The notes beneath the pieces are model-generated. The model ran no database searches. It was not told the origin of the DNA and saw only the letters and a list, made by a program, of their open reading frames with translations. A DNA stretch of 63,869 nucleotides, filler included, from an uncultured Acidimicrobiia bacterium (GTDB lineage Bacteria > Actinomycetota > Acidimicrobiia > Spongiisociales > JAOTWH01): assembly GCA_964347285.1 (NCBI GenBank). It is 3 parts of 3 records of this genome, joined end to end, with 100 filler letters (N's around TTAATTAATTAA, not from the genome) between each part and the next. Parts side by side here need not be neighbours in the genome. Positions count along the whole stretch, not along the records: positions 29,133 to 56,853 come from CAYFYE010000021.1; 2 more parts are not named here. One strand, written 5' to 3'. Below are positions 31,398-42,804 of the stretch, in pieces. The first letter of the stretch is position 1. Each line of letters opens with the position of its first letter. The translations under genes and the position numbers were made by a program.

Positions 31398-32293
31398 TCG
31401 GCCGCCTCCAGGGCGAGTCCATCGAGGATATCGCTCTCCGAGATCATCAGGCGGCTCGCGCCGACGTGGCGCAGCGCCTCGGCCGCCACCACCGCTCCCC
31501 CCAACAGCACCGGCGCCCGGGCCGGATCGAGAGAGGGGATGGCGGCCGTCTCCTCGACGGTGAGGACGGCCAGTGTGTCGACCAGGGCGTCAAGGGTCGT
31601 CTGCGAAAGCTCGGTTCGATGCACGAAGTCGCGATCGTAGGCGGGCAGGTCCAGCGCGATCGCTGCCAGGGCGGTGTAGGTGCCCCCCACCCCCACAACG
31701 CAGCCCGGCGATCGGGGCAGCACGGTCGGGGCGAACAGGCGGCGCGCTTCGTCGACCGCCGCCGCAACTTGTTCCCGGCGAGCGGGATGGTCGGGGAGGC
31801 GGCGCTCGGTGAGGCGGACCGAGCCGATGTCCACGCTGCTGATGTAACCGGGCTCGGCGTCACCGAGCACGAATTCGGTGCTGCCCCCGCCCGGATCGAT
31901 CACCAACACCGGCCTCTTCGGGTCCAAGGCGGCCACGACCCCTCGGAACGAGAGGCGGGCCTCCTCGTCGCCGGTGATCACCCGGGGAGGCGTACCCAGC
32001 ACGGTCTCGGCCCGCTCGAGGAATTGCCCACCGTTTGAGGCATCCCGGGTCGCCGAGGTGGCCACCGCGGTCACCGACTCGGCACCGTGGGCGCGGACCG
32101 CACCGGCGTACCCGATCAAGACGGCCTCGGTCCGGGCCATGGCCTCTTCGCCGATCGATCCGGTGGCATCCACTCCCCGGCCCAGGCCGGTGACCACAAC
32201 TTCCCCGTACACCCGGTGGATCCGGCCGTCGACGACATCGGCCACCAACAGACGCACGGTATTGGTGCCGATATCGACGGCGGCGACCCTCAC
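31388..32293 (-). CDS. ppx: Ppx/GppA family exopolyphosphatase
   Basis: AAVDIGTNTVRL, ATSATRDA, DPGGGSTE, DILDG. Confidence 0.9.
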   Translation of the reverse strand: MRVAAVDIGTNTVRLLVADVVDGRIHRVYGEVVVTGLGRGVDATGSIGEEAMARTEAVLIGYAGAVRAHGAESVTAVATSATRDASNGGQFLERAETVLGTPPRVITGDEEARLSFRGVVAALDPKRPVLVIDPGGGSTEFVLGDAEPGYISSVDIGSVRLTERRLPDHPARREQVAAAVDEARRLFAPTVLPRSPGCVVGVGGTYTALAAIALDLPAYDRDFVHRTELSQTTLDALVDTLAVLTVEETAAIPSLDPARAPVLLGGAVVAAEALRHVGASRLMISESDILDGLALEAAEPG

Positions 32294-32814
32294 GCCGGCT
32301 CTCGCCAGCTCGGGTTCGATATCGCCCCATCGTCGGCGGGCACGACACAGGGCTCGGCACAATCGAGCGGCTCGACCCACGGCGCGGTCATCTCCCCGAT
32401 CGGGTTGTCGTGCCCGGCTCCGAAATCGGCATAGTGGGCATGGAGGCATTTGACCCCGACGCCGTCGCCCCCGCCGATGCCCCCCGAGGGACGCGGGCCA
32501 CCGCCCTCGGGCAATGCTGCGTTCCGGTCGGCTGCGTATCGGTCGTGAGCAGCCGCCAGCCGCGCTCCGAAAGCGGCGTCGGCCTCGGCCCGCCGCTGGA
32601 CGGCCCTGACGCCTCCGGCCCCTTCCAGCCGGCCGACCCGCCGAACCGCCAACGGGCACGTCAGCCAGTAGCGGGTGGGGAACGGAGTACCGTCCTCCAG
32701 CAAGGGTGGCATCCGCACCACCACCGGTAGGCCCAGATGGCATCGGGTCACCACATCGGCCCGGGCGCGGGCAGGCCGGCCGATCTGGGCAGCGATCACG
32801 CCCCGGTCGTCCAT
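32290..32814 (-). CDS. DUF501 family protein
   Basis: GTPFPTRYWLTCP, VKCLHAH; conserved eno-ftsB-DUF501-ppx position. Confidence 0.88.
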   Translation of the reverse strand: MDDRGVIAAQIGRPARARADVVTRCHLGLPVVVRMPPLLEDGTPFPTRYWLTCPLAVRRVGRLEGAGGVRAVQRRAEADAAFGARLAAAHDRYAADRNAALPEGGGPRPSGGIGGGDGVGVKCLHAHYADFGAGHDNPIGEMTAPWVEPLDCAEPCVVPADDGAISNPSWREPA

Positions 32815-32821
32815 GGGTCGA

Positions 32822-34506
<1,685 letters not shown>

Positions 34507-34588
34507 TCAGGCAAGCTAGCAGCAGAGGTCGAAGGAATCGCGCAATGGAGGAGACGCCGCCCCACGGCGAAGGACCGGCCGCCGGCCC

Positions 34589-36022
34589 CTAGCCCTCTTT
34601 GGCCGCCCTCCACCTCTCGTCCAGTTCCTCCAGCGACAAGCCACTCAGCTCTCCGTCGGCCTCCATGGCCCGAAACCGGTCTGCAAAGCGGTCTGCCGAG
34701 CGGCGCAAGGCCATCTCCGGATCGATCCCCAGGTGGCGGGCCAAGTTGACCACGGAGAACAGGAGATCGCCCAGCTCATCGGTGGCCCTTTGTGGATCGC
34801 CGATATCTGCCTTCAGTTCGACCGCTTCCTCCACGATCTTGTCGAGCACACCGGTCGGATCGGGCCAGTCGAACCCCACGGCTGCCGCCCTTCGCTGGAA
34901 CTTGTCGGCTCGGAGCAGGGCCGGCAGTGAAGCGGGGACCCCGTCCATGAGCGAGTCCCGGTCCTTCTCCTCGCGCTTGAGCCGATCCCAGTTGGCCAGG
35001 ACCTCCTCGGCATCGTGGGCCTCGACGTCACCGAACACGTGGGGATGGCGCCTGACCAGTTTGCGACGAATGCCCTCGGCCACCTCCTCCACCCCGAATC
35101 CGGCCGCTTCGGTGGCCAGAGTGGCGTGGAACACGACCTGGAGCAGCAGATCTCCCAGCTCCTCCTCGACGGCACCGTAGGCCCCGTAGTCGACCTCGCC
35201 TCCGGGTGCCTGCGGTGACAACGCCGACAGGGCCTCGACCAGCTCGTAGGTCTCCTCCACGAGGTGGGTGACCAGGCTGTGGTGTGTCTGGCGGCGATCC
35301 CACGGGCACTCGGCCCGCAGACGCCGGTTGGTCTGTACGAGCCCGGGCCAGCCGGAAGGAGGAGGATCCAGAAACAGCGAGGTGCGGGGACCGACGGAGA
35401 CCCGGTGCAGGTCTCGGAGAGACATCCTGGTCACCGCCTCCTCTGCCCCGCCCAGATCGGACAGGACGGTCACCTCGGTCTCGGCGGGCAGGACCCGTCC
35501 CAGGGCGTCCTGGGCAGCCTGGGCGACGGCCGGGCGATCCACCTGGCCGATCACCGTCGGTAGGTGGAGGAGGAGCGGGTCGGGAAGGGCCCGGCCGTCC
35601 AATACCTGCAGCCCGTGCTCCAGCGGATCCATGCCCACCCGGTCGAGGATGAGGCCCAGGAAGGACTCGCCGGGCACCACCTCGACTGCGACGCCGGCCC
35701 CGGCGGCCCTCGTGCGGATGAGGGCCACCGTGCGCTCACCGACCAGCGGACTCCCGGGGACTGCATAGACGACGTCTTCCCCGGCGGCCGCCCCCAACAC
35801 TCGTTCGGCGACCGCCCGGTACACCTCGTCGAGGTCCTCGGACGACTCGTAGAGGTCGTCGCATGTCTCGATGCTGCGCCGCTCGCCGAGCTGGGCCGCC
35901 GCGGGGTGGTGGAGGGTGCGTACGATGACGCGTGCGCCTCGGTCTTCGAGTCGGACGAGCGCATCAGGCCCCGTCCGGTCCAGACCGGCCGGGCCCAGGC
36001 CGACGATTGTGAGCGAACCCAT
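34589..36022 (-). CDS. mazG: YabN-type tetrapyrrole-methylase/MazG nucleotide pyrophosphohydrolase
   Basis: N-terminal IVGLGPAG...YAVPGSPLVGE domain, then CPWDRRQTH, EELGDLLLQVVFH and DELGDLLFS. Confidence 0.9.
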   Translation of the reverse strand: MGSLTIVGLGPAGLDRTGPDALVRLEDRGARVIVRTLHHPAAAQLGERRSIETCDDLYESSEDLDEVYRAVAERVLGAAAGEDVVYAVPGSPLVGERTVALIRTRAAGAGVAVEVVPGESFLGLILDRVGMDPLEHGLQVLDGRALPDPLLLHLPTVIGQVDRPAVAQAAQDALGRVLPAETEVTVLSDLGGAEEAVTRMSLRDLHRVSVGPRTSLFLDPPPSGWPGLVQTNRRLRAECPWDRRQTHHSLVTHLVEETYELVEALSALSPQAPGGEVDYGAYGAVEEELGDLLLQVVFHATLATEAAGFGVEEVAEGIRRKLVRRHPHVFGDVEAHDAEEVLANWDRLKREEKDRDSLMDGVPASLPALLRADKFQRRAAAVGFDWPDPTGVLDKIVEEAVELKADIGDPQRATDELGDLLFSVVNLARHLGIDPEMALRRSADRFADRFRAMEADGELSGLSLEELDERWRAAKEG

Positions 36023-36930
36023 CAGCGGCCCGGTGGAGCGATGCTCCCGGTCGAGGAATCCCACACACCCACGGTCGAGGCCACTTCGATGTCGGCCGTC
36101 GCAAACACGCCGTTCAACCAATCGCGCCAGCGGTCGGCAGTCACCTCCTGTGGCAGGCTTCCCATCGGGTCGGCGGCCAGGTCGTCGAGCGTCGGCGCCG
36201 TACGATCGTCGACGATGAGCAGGTGCCAGCCGAATTCGGTCTCCACCGGCCCGAACAGTTCCCCGATCGGGGCCACGACGGCGGCCTGGGCAAAAGGTGG
36301 CACGTACCGGCTCGCCGCCGAACAGCCCAGGTCGCCGCCGGGACTGCCCGGATCGAGGGACACTTCGGCGGCCACCTCCGCGAAGTCCTCGCCCCCGTCC
36401 AGCCGCTCCGCCACCAGCGCGGCTTCCTCCTGGGTGGCCACCAAGATGTGGCGCACACACACCTCGGCCAGAGACGACGGATCTCCCTCGACGACCTCGA
36501 GAAGGAACGCTTCGTCCGACATCACCGCCGGAATTCCCCTGTCTATCAAGAGAGTCGTGTAGGCGGACCGACGCAACATGGCCTCGGTGGCGCCGGGAAT
36601 CCCCAGCGCCTCTTCCACACTCTGGCCTGCTCCCTCGAACTGCGAGGACAGCTCGGCAGCGGTTTGATCGACCTCGGCGGCCGAGATCACGACGCCGAAG
36701 TCTTCCCGGAGTGCCTGGGCCACAGCCTCTTGGACCAGAACCAAGCTCAAGTCTTCCCGAAAGGCGGTCCCCTCGGCCACTCCGTCGTCGTACGTCGTCC
36801 GCAAGGCGGCGATTTCCGACTGGGACACGGTGAGATCCCCGACCCGCCCCACCTCACTGTCGTCGGCCGAACAGGCCGCCGCCAGTAGGGCGGCACCGAG
36901 ACCGAGAAGCAGCAGGGGGCGCAGGGTCAT
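36022..36930 (-). CDS. Parvulin-type peptidyl-prolyl isomerase lipoprotein (PrsA/SurA-like)
   Basis: Lipobox LAAAC, VRHILV, GGDLG, PVETEFGWHL. Confidence 0.88.
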   Translation of the reverse strand: MTLRPLLLLGLGAALLAAACSADDSEVGRVGDLTVSQSEIAALRTTYDDGVAEGTAFREDLSLVLVQEAVAQALREDFGVVISAAEVDQTAAELSSQFEGAGQSVEEALGIPGATEAMLRRSAYTTLLIDRGIPAVMSDEAFLLEVVEGDPSSLAEVCVRHILVATQEEAALVAERLDGGEDFAEVAAEVSLDPGSPGGDLGCSAASRYVPPFAQAAVVAPIGELFGPVETEFGWHLLIVDDRTAPTLDDLAADPMGSLPQEVTADRWRDWLNGVFATADIEVASTVGVWDSSTGSIAPPGR

Positions 36931-39900
36931 CCTCCTGAGGGGGGCCACATTGTACGGACGAAGCCCACCAGCCACTCCACAGGGCCGTCCGCTGGGGCGG
37001 GCACGAACAGATCGCGGCCCCGGAGGACGGCGTCCCGGGCCAGGCGCTCCAGCCTGACCTCCTGCGGCTCGGACAGATCGACCGGAGACAGCTTGACCTC
37101 GCCCCGCAGCTGGACGATCTCCTCGAGGCCCGCCCGCAGGGCCTCCACCCTCAGATGGGCTACGTCGAGTAGCCATTGGGCTTCCGTGGGAAGGGACCCA
37201 AAGCGGTCTTCCCACTCTGCGGCCACGTCCTCCACTGCGGCGTGGTCCTCCGCCAGGGCCAGCCGCCGGTAGGCCTCGAGGCGTGCCGGCTGATCGGCTA
37301 CGTAGTCGTCCGGCAGATGGGCGTCCACGGGAACATCGATGCGGACCCGTCCGGGTTCGGTCGAGACGACCGGTTCCCCCCGCAGCTCGGCCACCGCCTC
37401 GGCCACGAGCTCCGAGTACAGATCGAGTCCGACCGCGTTGATGTGACCGGACTGGACCTCGCCCAAGATGCTTCCCGCCCCGCGAATCTGCAGGTCCCGC
37501 AGTGCCAGGTCGAAGCCCGCGCCGAGATCGCTGAACTCACCGATCGCCTCGAGTCGTCGATAGGCCTCCTCGGTCAGGCTCTGGTGGGGAGGGTGGAACA
37601 GATAGGCATAAGCCCGCTGTGCCGAGCGTCCCACCCGGCCCCGCAGTTGGTACAGCTGGGCCAACCCCAACATCTCGGCCCGCTCCACCATGAGGGTGTT
37701 GACCTGGGGAAGGTCGAGGCCCGATTCGATGATTGTCGTCGCCACCAGAACGTCGTAGTCCCGGTCCCAGAAGTCGAGCATCACCTGCTCGAGCTGCCCC
37801 TCGCTCATCTGCCCGTGGGCAACGGCATAACGGGCGTCGGGGACCAGATCGCGCAAGCGGGCTACGGCTCGCTCGATCGATTGGACCCGGTTGTGAACGT
37901 AAAAGACCTGACCCTCCCGTAGCAGCTCGCGGCGGATGGCGGCCGAAACCGCTTGGGTATCCAAGGGCCCGACGTAGGTGAGGATGGGGTGACGATCCTC
38001 GGGCGGAGTGCGGATGTGGCTCACCGGGCGAATTCCGCTCAGCGCCATTTCCAGCGTACGCGGAATCGGAGTGGCGGTGAGCGTCAGCACATCGACCGAT
38101 GTCTTCAGCGCCTTGACGCGGTCTTTGGCCGCCACGCCGAATCGCTGCTCTTCATCCACAACGAGAAGGCCGAGGCCGGCAAAGCGCACATCGCTGCTCA
38201 ACAAGCGGTGGGTGCCGATGACGACGTCGACCTCGCCGGTGGCCAAACCGGCCACCACCCCGGTTTGTTCTTTCGGCGTGAGGAACCGGCTCAACATCTC
38301 CACCTCGACCCCAAAGGGTGCGAACCGGTCACGAAACGTCTCCAGGTGCTGCTGGGCCAGCAGCGTGGTGGGGACCAGCACCGCCACCTGGCGCCCCTCC
38401 TGCACGGCCTTGAAGGCCGCCCGCATGGCCACTTCGGTTTTGCCGAACCCGACGTCGCCGAAGATGAGTCGGTCCATCGGTGCCGACGACTCCATGTCCT
38501 CCTTGACCTCGGTGATGGCCCGCAGTTGATCGGCGGTCTCTTCATACGGGAAAGCGGCCTCGAACTCGGCCTGCCACGGAGTATCGGGGTCGTAGGCGTG
38601 GCCGGCGGCCACCGCCCTTTCCCGATGCAGCCGAACGACATGCTCGGCCACCGCCTCGAGTTCCCGCTTGACCCGCTGCCGGGTTGCCGACCAGTCGGCG
38701 CCCCCCATGCGGGAGATGCGGGGAGCCTCACCCCCGCTGTAGCGGCGGACGGCGGCCAGCTGATCGGTGGGAACGTAGAGCCGGTCACCGCCGGCGTAGC
38801 CCACCACCAGATAGTCCCGTTCGATCCCGGCCACGGTCTGCGTGCTCAGCCCCTCGAATCGACCGATGCCGTGTTGGTAGTGAACGACGTAGTCCCCGGG
38901 CTCGAGGTCCCGATACGTCCCGTCCCCCTCGGCAGGGCGGCGCCGGCCCGGGCGGCGATGGGCCCGGCGGCGACCGGCCACCTCGGTTTCGCCGAGCACG
39001 GCCACCCCGAGGTCGGGAGCAACGAAGCCGCGGTGGATGCCGGAGCCCACAACGGCCGAGCCCGGCTCGTCTAACGCCTCGCTTCGGCCCAGGTCGATAC
39101 CGGCCCCGGTCAGCAGGCGGGCCACCCGATCGGCCGCGGGTGCGCCGTCCATCGCCACCACGACGTCCAAGCCCTGGCCCCTGAGTCGAGCCAGGGCGGC
39201 GGCCACCGACTCGGCCTCGCCGGGGACTGCGTCCAGCCCGCGCACGGCCAGCGCCGCCTCGTCCGGGCTCGCCGGGGCCGGGGGAGCCTCAACGATCGGA
39301 GCCGCCCCGAGCACCTGCTCCAGGGGAAGGTAGAGGGCCGGATGGGCACCGGCCTCAGGTGCCCCATGCCCCCAGGTAGGCGCCAAGGCGGCGGCCAACT
39401 CGGCCTCCTCCTTCACCAGTTCCCTGCTGCGATCGTGGCCCCGAACCGGGTCGAAGTCGATCACCATCGTCGTGGCTGCCACCTCGTCCAGGATCGAGCG
39501 CTCCGGCGACAGCCAGGGAAGCCACGACTCCATGCCGGCGAACATCATTCCCTCGGCAATCCGGTCCCAGGTAGAGGCGGCCCATGCCTCGGCGGCGACG
39601 AACTGTGCCGCCCGTGCTCTCACGGCGACATCGGGCCTGAATTCACGGGCCGGATAGACCACCAGCCGCGCCAGGGAGCCGCTGGATCGCTGGGTGGCCG
39701 GGCTGAACGGGCGGACTTCCTCCACCACATCTCCCCAGAACTCCAGCCGGACCGGATCTACCCCCTGAGCGGGAAACACGTCGACGATCCCGCCCCGCAC
39801 CGAGAACTCGCCACGGCCCTCCACCCGGTCCGTCCGCTGGTAGCCGAAATCGGCCAGCCGGCCGATGAGCAGGTCCCGGTCGAATTCCTCGCCGATGCCG

Positions 39901-40301
39901 ATCTCGACCGGTGCAGTCGCCGAAGGGCTGACCCTCTGAATCAGGGCCCGCACCGATCCGACGACGATCAGGCCGTGCTCTCCCAACGCCAGGCGGTGAC
40001 GCGCCTCCGCCCGCTGAGCCATCGTCCCCTGATTGGGGGAGATGTGCTCGAACGGCAGCGTCTCCCATGCCGGCAACGGCACGACCGCGTCTGAGAACAA
40101 CGCGGCATCCTCGGCCAGATCCTCGGCATCTCGCTCGCCGGGCACCACCGCCAGCACCGGGCCGGCACGACCGGCGGCGAGGCCGGACAAAACGAAGGCG
40201 CGCAGAGACGGCGGCACCGCCACCCGGCCGGGGGGGTCGGGAATGATTCCGGGCCGCCAATGCTCGACGAGCGGTGCGAGAGGCGCCGCCACTCGGAGCA
40301 A
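36927..40301 (-). CDS. mfd: Transcription-repair coupling factor
   Basis: GDVGFGKTEV, DEEQRFG, QLRGRVGR, TRG motif. Start could be the GTG at 40292. Confidence 0.97.
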   Translation of the reverse strand: MLRVAAPLAPLVEHWRPGIIPDPPGRVAVPPSLRAFVLSGLAAGRAGPVLAVVPGERDAEDLAEDAALFSDAVVPLPAWETLPFEHISPNQGTMAQRAEARHRLALGEHGLIVVGSVRALIQRVSPSATAPVEIGIGEEFDRDLLIGRLADFGYQRTDRVEGRGEFSVRGGIVDVFPAQGVDPVRLEFWGDVVEEVRPFSPATQRSSGSLARLVVYPAREFRPDVAVRARAAQFVAAEAWAASTWDRIAEGMMFAGMESWLPWLSPERSILDEVAATTMVIDFDPVRGHDRSRELVKEEAELAAALAPTWGHGAPEAGAHPALYLPLEQVLGAAPIVEAPPAPASPDEAALAVRGLDAVPGEAESVAAALARLRGQGLDVVVAMDGAPAADRVARLLTGAGIDLGRSEALDEPGSAVVGSGIHRGFVAPDLGVAVLGETEVAGRRRAHRRPGRRRPAEGDGTYRDLEPGDYVVHYQHGIGRFEGLSTQTVAGIERDYLVVGYAGGDRLYVPTDQLAAVRRYSGGEAPRISRMGGADWSATRQRVKRELEAVAEHVVRLHRERAVAAGHAYDPDTPWQAEFEAAFPYEETADQLRAITEVKEDMESSAPMDRLIFGDVGFGKTEVAMRAAFKAVQEGRQVAVLVPTTLLAQQHLETFRDRFAPFGVEVEMLSRFLTPKEQTGVVAGLATGEVDVVIGTHRLLSSDVRFAGLGLLVVDEEQRFGVAAKDRVKALKTSVDVLTLTATPIPRTLEMALSGIRPVSHIRTPPEDRHPILTYVGPLDTQAVSAAIRRELLREGQVFYVHNRVQSIERAVARLRDLVPDARYAVAHGQMSEGQLEQVMLDFWDRDYDVLVATTIIESGLDLPQVNTLMVERAEMLGLAQLYQLRGRVGRSAQRAYAYLFHPPHQSLTEEAYRRLEAIGEFSDLGAGFDLALRDLQIRGAGSILGEVQSGHINAVGLDLYSELVAEAVAELRGEPVVSTEPGRVRIDVPVDAHLPDDYVADQPARLEAYRRLALAEDHAAVEDVAAEWEDRFGSLPTEAQWLLDVAHLRVEALRAGLEEIVQLRGEVKLSPVDLSEPQEVRLERLARDAVLRGRDLFVPAPADGPVEWLVGFVRTMWPPSGG

Positions 40302-40337
40302 GCGTAACGAGCCGGCGTGGCTCTGGTGCGTCCCGAC

Positions 40338-41156
40338 CTATCCGAGTAGTTGGGTGGGCCCGCGCCGGTCGACCACGGCATCGCGCCTGCGGGCGGCCCA
40401 TCCCGCCACCTTGCGCAACATCCGCTGGCCGGCCCGCAGGGCATTCTCGGCAGCCGCACCATCGCCGGGACGGAGACAGGCGGCCAGGGCCGCTTCGTAA
40501 TACTGGATCGTGGCCCGGTACAGCTTGGCCAGGGCCGGATCTTCGCCGGCCAGGGCCAGCAAACGGGAGCGGTTGAGGGACCACACCAGGCGGGGATCAC
40601 CGGTGCTGACCGACACCGCCCGGTACAGGGCCGGGGGGAACATCCAGCGAACGCCCCTCAGGTATTCCCACAGCTGGTCGTCGGAGCGCCCGAGAGCATC
40701 CACGCTTATCCGCTCGGCGTCGCGGCCGGCCTGGGCCAACCCGAAGCGGTCTCGCTGCAGCAAGACGTCGGTCGGCGGGACCTCGGCGGGTGGAGGGCCG
40801 CCGGCCATGACTTCGTAGGTGCCGGGGATGACGGTCCACCAGTCCGGCAAGTCACCGGAGTCGAGTACCAGAAGCTGGAGCGGGCTGTCGACCGGTGCCG
40901 GACCCACCCCGTCGAGCACCCGGCGGCGCACCGACCAGGGGTCGGCAAGTGGACCGGGGCGGTAGACATGGATGTCCACATCGGACAAGCCGGGCAGGAA
41001 GTCGAAGGGACCTTCCCACGGCTTGTGCGTCGAGCCCTTCCATATGATGCTGACGTAGTCCGGCAACGCCTCGGCGGCCGCGTCGGCCACCGACCGGGCA
41101 TAGGCGCTCAGGTCGTCTCGGGTCACCGACTTCGGAACCGGACGAGGCGCGGGCAC
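40338..41156 (-). CDS. Hypothetical protein, nucleotidyltransferase-like
   Basis: WKGS...DFLPGLSDVDIHV resembles the GS...DxD motif of pol-beta family nucleotidyltransferases. Confidence 0.55.
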   Translation of the reverse strand: MPAPRPVPKSVTRDDLSAYARSVADAAAEALPDYVSIIWKGSTHKPWEGPFDFLPGLSDVDIHVYRPGPLADPWSVRRRVLDGVGPAPVDSPLQLLVLDSGDLPDWWTVIPGTYEVMAGGPPPAEVPPTDVLLQRDRFGLAQAGRDAERISVDALGRSDDQLWEYLRGVRWMFPPALYRAVSVSTGDPRLVWSLNRSRLLALAGEDPALAKLYRATIQYYEAALAACLRPGDGAAAENALRAGQRMLRKVAGWAARRRDAVVDRRGPTQLLG

Positions 41157-41158
41157 AC

Positions 41159-42172
41159 CTACCCCGGCGGGTAAGTCGGCAGGGGTCGGCGCACGAAGCC
41201 CAGATCGACGTACCACTCCACAGTCCTCCGCAGAGTCTGGCGGACCGGCGTGTACTGCACCCCCAATTCGGCGACGGCCTTGGACCCGTCGTAGGCATGG
41301 CCGTGCAGCAGCGTCCGGACCATCTCCTTACACATCGGCGCGTCGGCGCGGCGAACTTGAGCCAACCGCTCGGCGACGGTGCCCAGGGCCAGCGCTGCAG
41401 CACCGGGGATGAACATCACCCGGCGGTGCAGGCCGGTGATGTCGGCGAGCAGGGACAATGCCTCCCGCACCGTCAGGGTGGCCCCGCTCAGGACGTAGCG
41501 CTCGCCGGGGGAGCCGTGGCGCTCCGCCAGTAGATGCCCCTCGGCGCAGTCGCCGATGTCCAGGATGCTGAACCGGGTGTCCACCGCCGCCCGTAGCCGG
41601 CCGTTGAGATAATCGATCAGCAGCCGGGCCGAGCCCGTGGTCCGGCCCGGTCCCTGCACCGACGAAGGATTCAGCGTCACCACCTCGACGCCCAGTCGCT
41701 CCCCTGCCTCGAAGACCCCTCGTTCGGCTTCGTACTTGGAGCGTTCGTAGTTGGAGAGAAACCACCCTCTGTGGGCCGAGCGCTCGCTGCCCGTCGAGCC
41801 TTTCTCCTCGCCGAGAGAGGCGGCCGACGAGGTGTACACGAGCCGGCGGACGCCGGCGGCCGCTGCTGCCTCGACCACGTTGCGCGATCCGGTGACGTTC
41901 ACCTCGAACAGGGGAGCGGGGTCGCGCAGGCACATGGCATTGAGGCCGGCCAAGTGAAAGACCACGTCGCAGCCCTCCATGCCGGTGCGCAACGTGGGGG
42001 GCTCCAGCATGTCTCCCATGACCGGTTCGGCCCCCAGGGCGGCCACCAGGTCGCCGTTGGTCCGGGTGCGGGCCAGGGCTCGAATGGGACGTTGCTCGGG
42101 CTCGAGGGCGAGGCCCTCCAGCACTGCCTTGCCCACGAAGCCGGTCGCACCGGTCAGAAAGACACCGCTCAT
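41159..42172 (-). CDS. NAD-dependent epimerase/dehydratase (HpnA-like extended SDR)
   Basis: TGATGFVG, VFHLAG, YTSS, YERSK. Confidence 0.88.
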   Translation of the reverse strand: MSGVFLTGATGFVGKAVLEGLALEPEQRPIRALARTRTNGDLVAALGAEPVMGDMLEPPTLRTGMEGCDVVFHLAGLNAMCLRDPAPLFEVNVTGSRNVVEAAAAAGVRRLVYTSSAASLGEEKGSTGSERSAHRGWFLSNYERSKYEAERGVFEAGERLGVEVVTLNPSSVQGPGRTTGSARLLIDYLNGRLRAAVDTRFSILDIGDCAEGHLLAERHGSPGERYVLSGATLTVREALSLLADITGLHRRVMFIPGAAALALGTVAERLAQVRRADAPMCKEMVRTLLHGHAYDGSKAVAELGVQYTPVRQTLRRTVEWYVDLGFVRRPLPTYPPG

Positions 42173-42720
42173 CGAGAGGCGAGCGAGCGGATCACGCCGG
42201 CCGACCGAGCGAAGTACTCGATGCCGGAGGCGACCGTGATCACCACCGCGGCCAACATCCACCACTGGTCGAGGTAAAGAGGTCCCCAGGTGTCGGCCAG
42301 CCTCAGCATGGCGAGGCCCATTGCCACGAACTGGACGGCCGCCTTCCACTTGCCGAGAGGCGAAGGGGGCACCCGGACCCCATTGAGGGCGACGATGCCC
42401 CGCAGGCCCATGACCGCGATCTCCCGGCCCACGATCACAAACGCCGCCCACGCCCACACCCGTCCCACCTCGACGAGGGCAAACAGGGTTCCGGTCACCA
42501 GGAGCTTGTCGGCGATCGTGTCGAGGAAGGCTCCCCCGACGGTGGTTTGCCCCCAGCGGCGGGCCAGGTAGCCGTCGACGAAGTCGCTCGCTGCAGCTAC
42601 GGCAAACACCGCGGCGGCGATTCCGTACGAATGCTCGAAGCGACCGTCGGCGAGGACCAACGCCATCACCACCGGGACCAGGGTTATGCGGAACCAGCCG
42701 ATGCCATCGGGAAGGGAGAT
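42169..42720 (-). CDS. pgsA: CDP-diacylglycerol-glycerol-3-phosphate phosphatidyltransferase
   Basis: DFVDGYLARR...GAFLDTIADK, GKWK. Proposed ATC start at 42720 (SLPDGIGWFRITLVP) with AGGAG 7-8 nt upstream. Confidence 0.88.
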   Translation of the reverse strand: MSLPDGIGWFRITLVPVVMALVLADGRFEHSYGIAAAVFAVAAASDFVDGYLARRWGQTTVGGAFLDTIADKLLVTGTLFALVEVGRVWAWAAFVIVGREIAVMGLRGIVALNGVRVPPSPLGKWKAAVQFVAMGLAMLRLADTWGPLYLDQWWMLAAVVITVASGIEYFARSAGVIRSLASR

Positions 42721-42804
42721 GGATGCTCTCCTGTGCCGTTGGGGCGATGCTAGGGAAATGGATCGTCGGATATCGGCCGTCGGCGATCGCCGGCGGCGTC
42801 TCGA

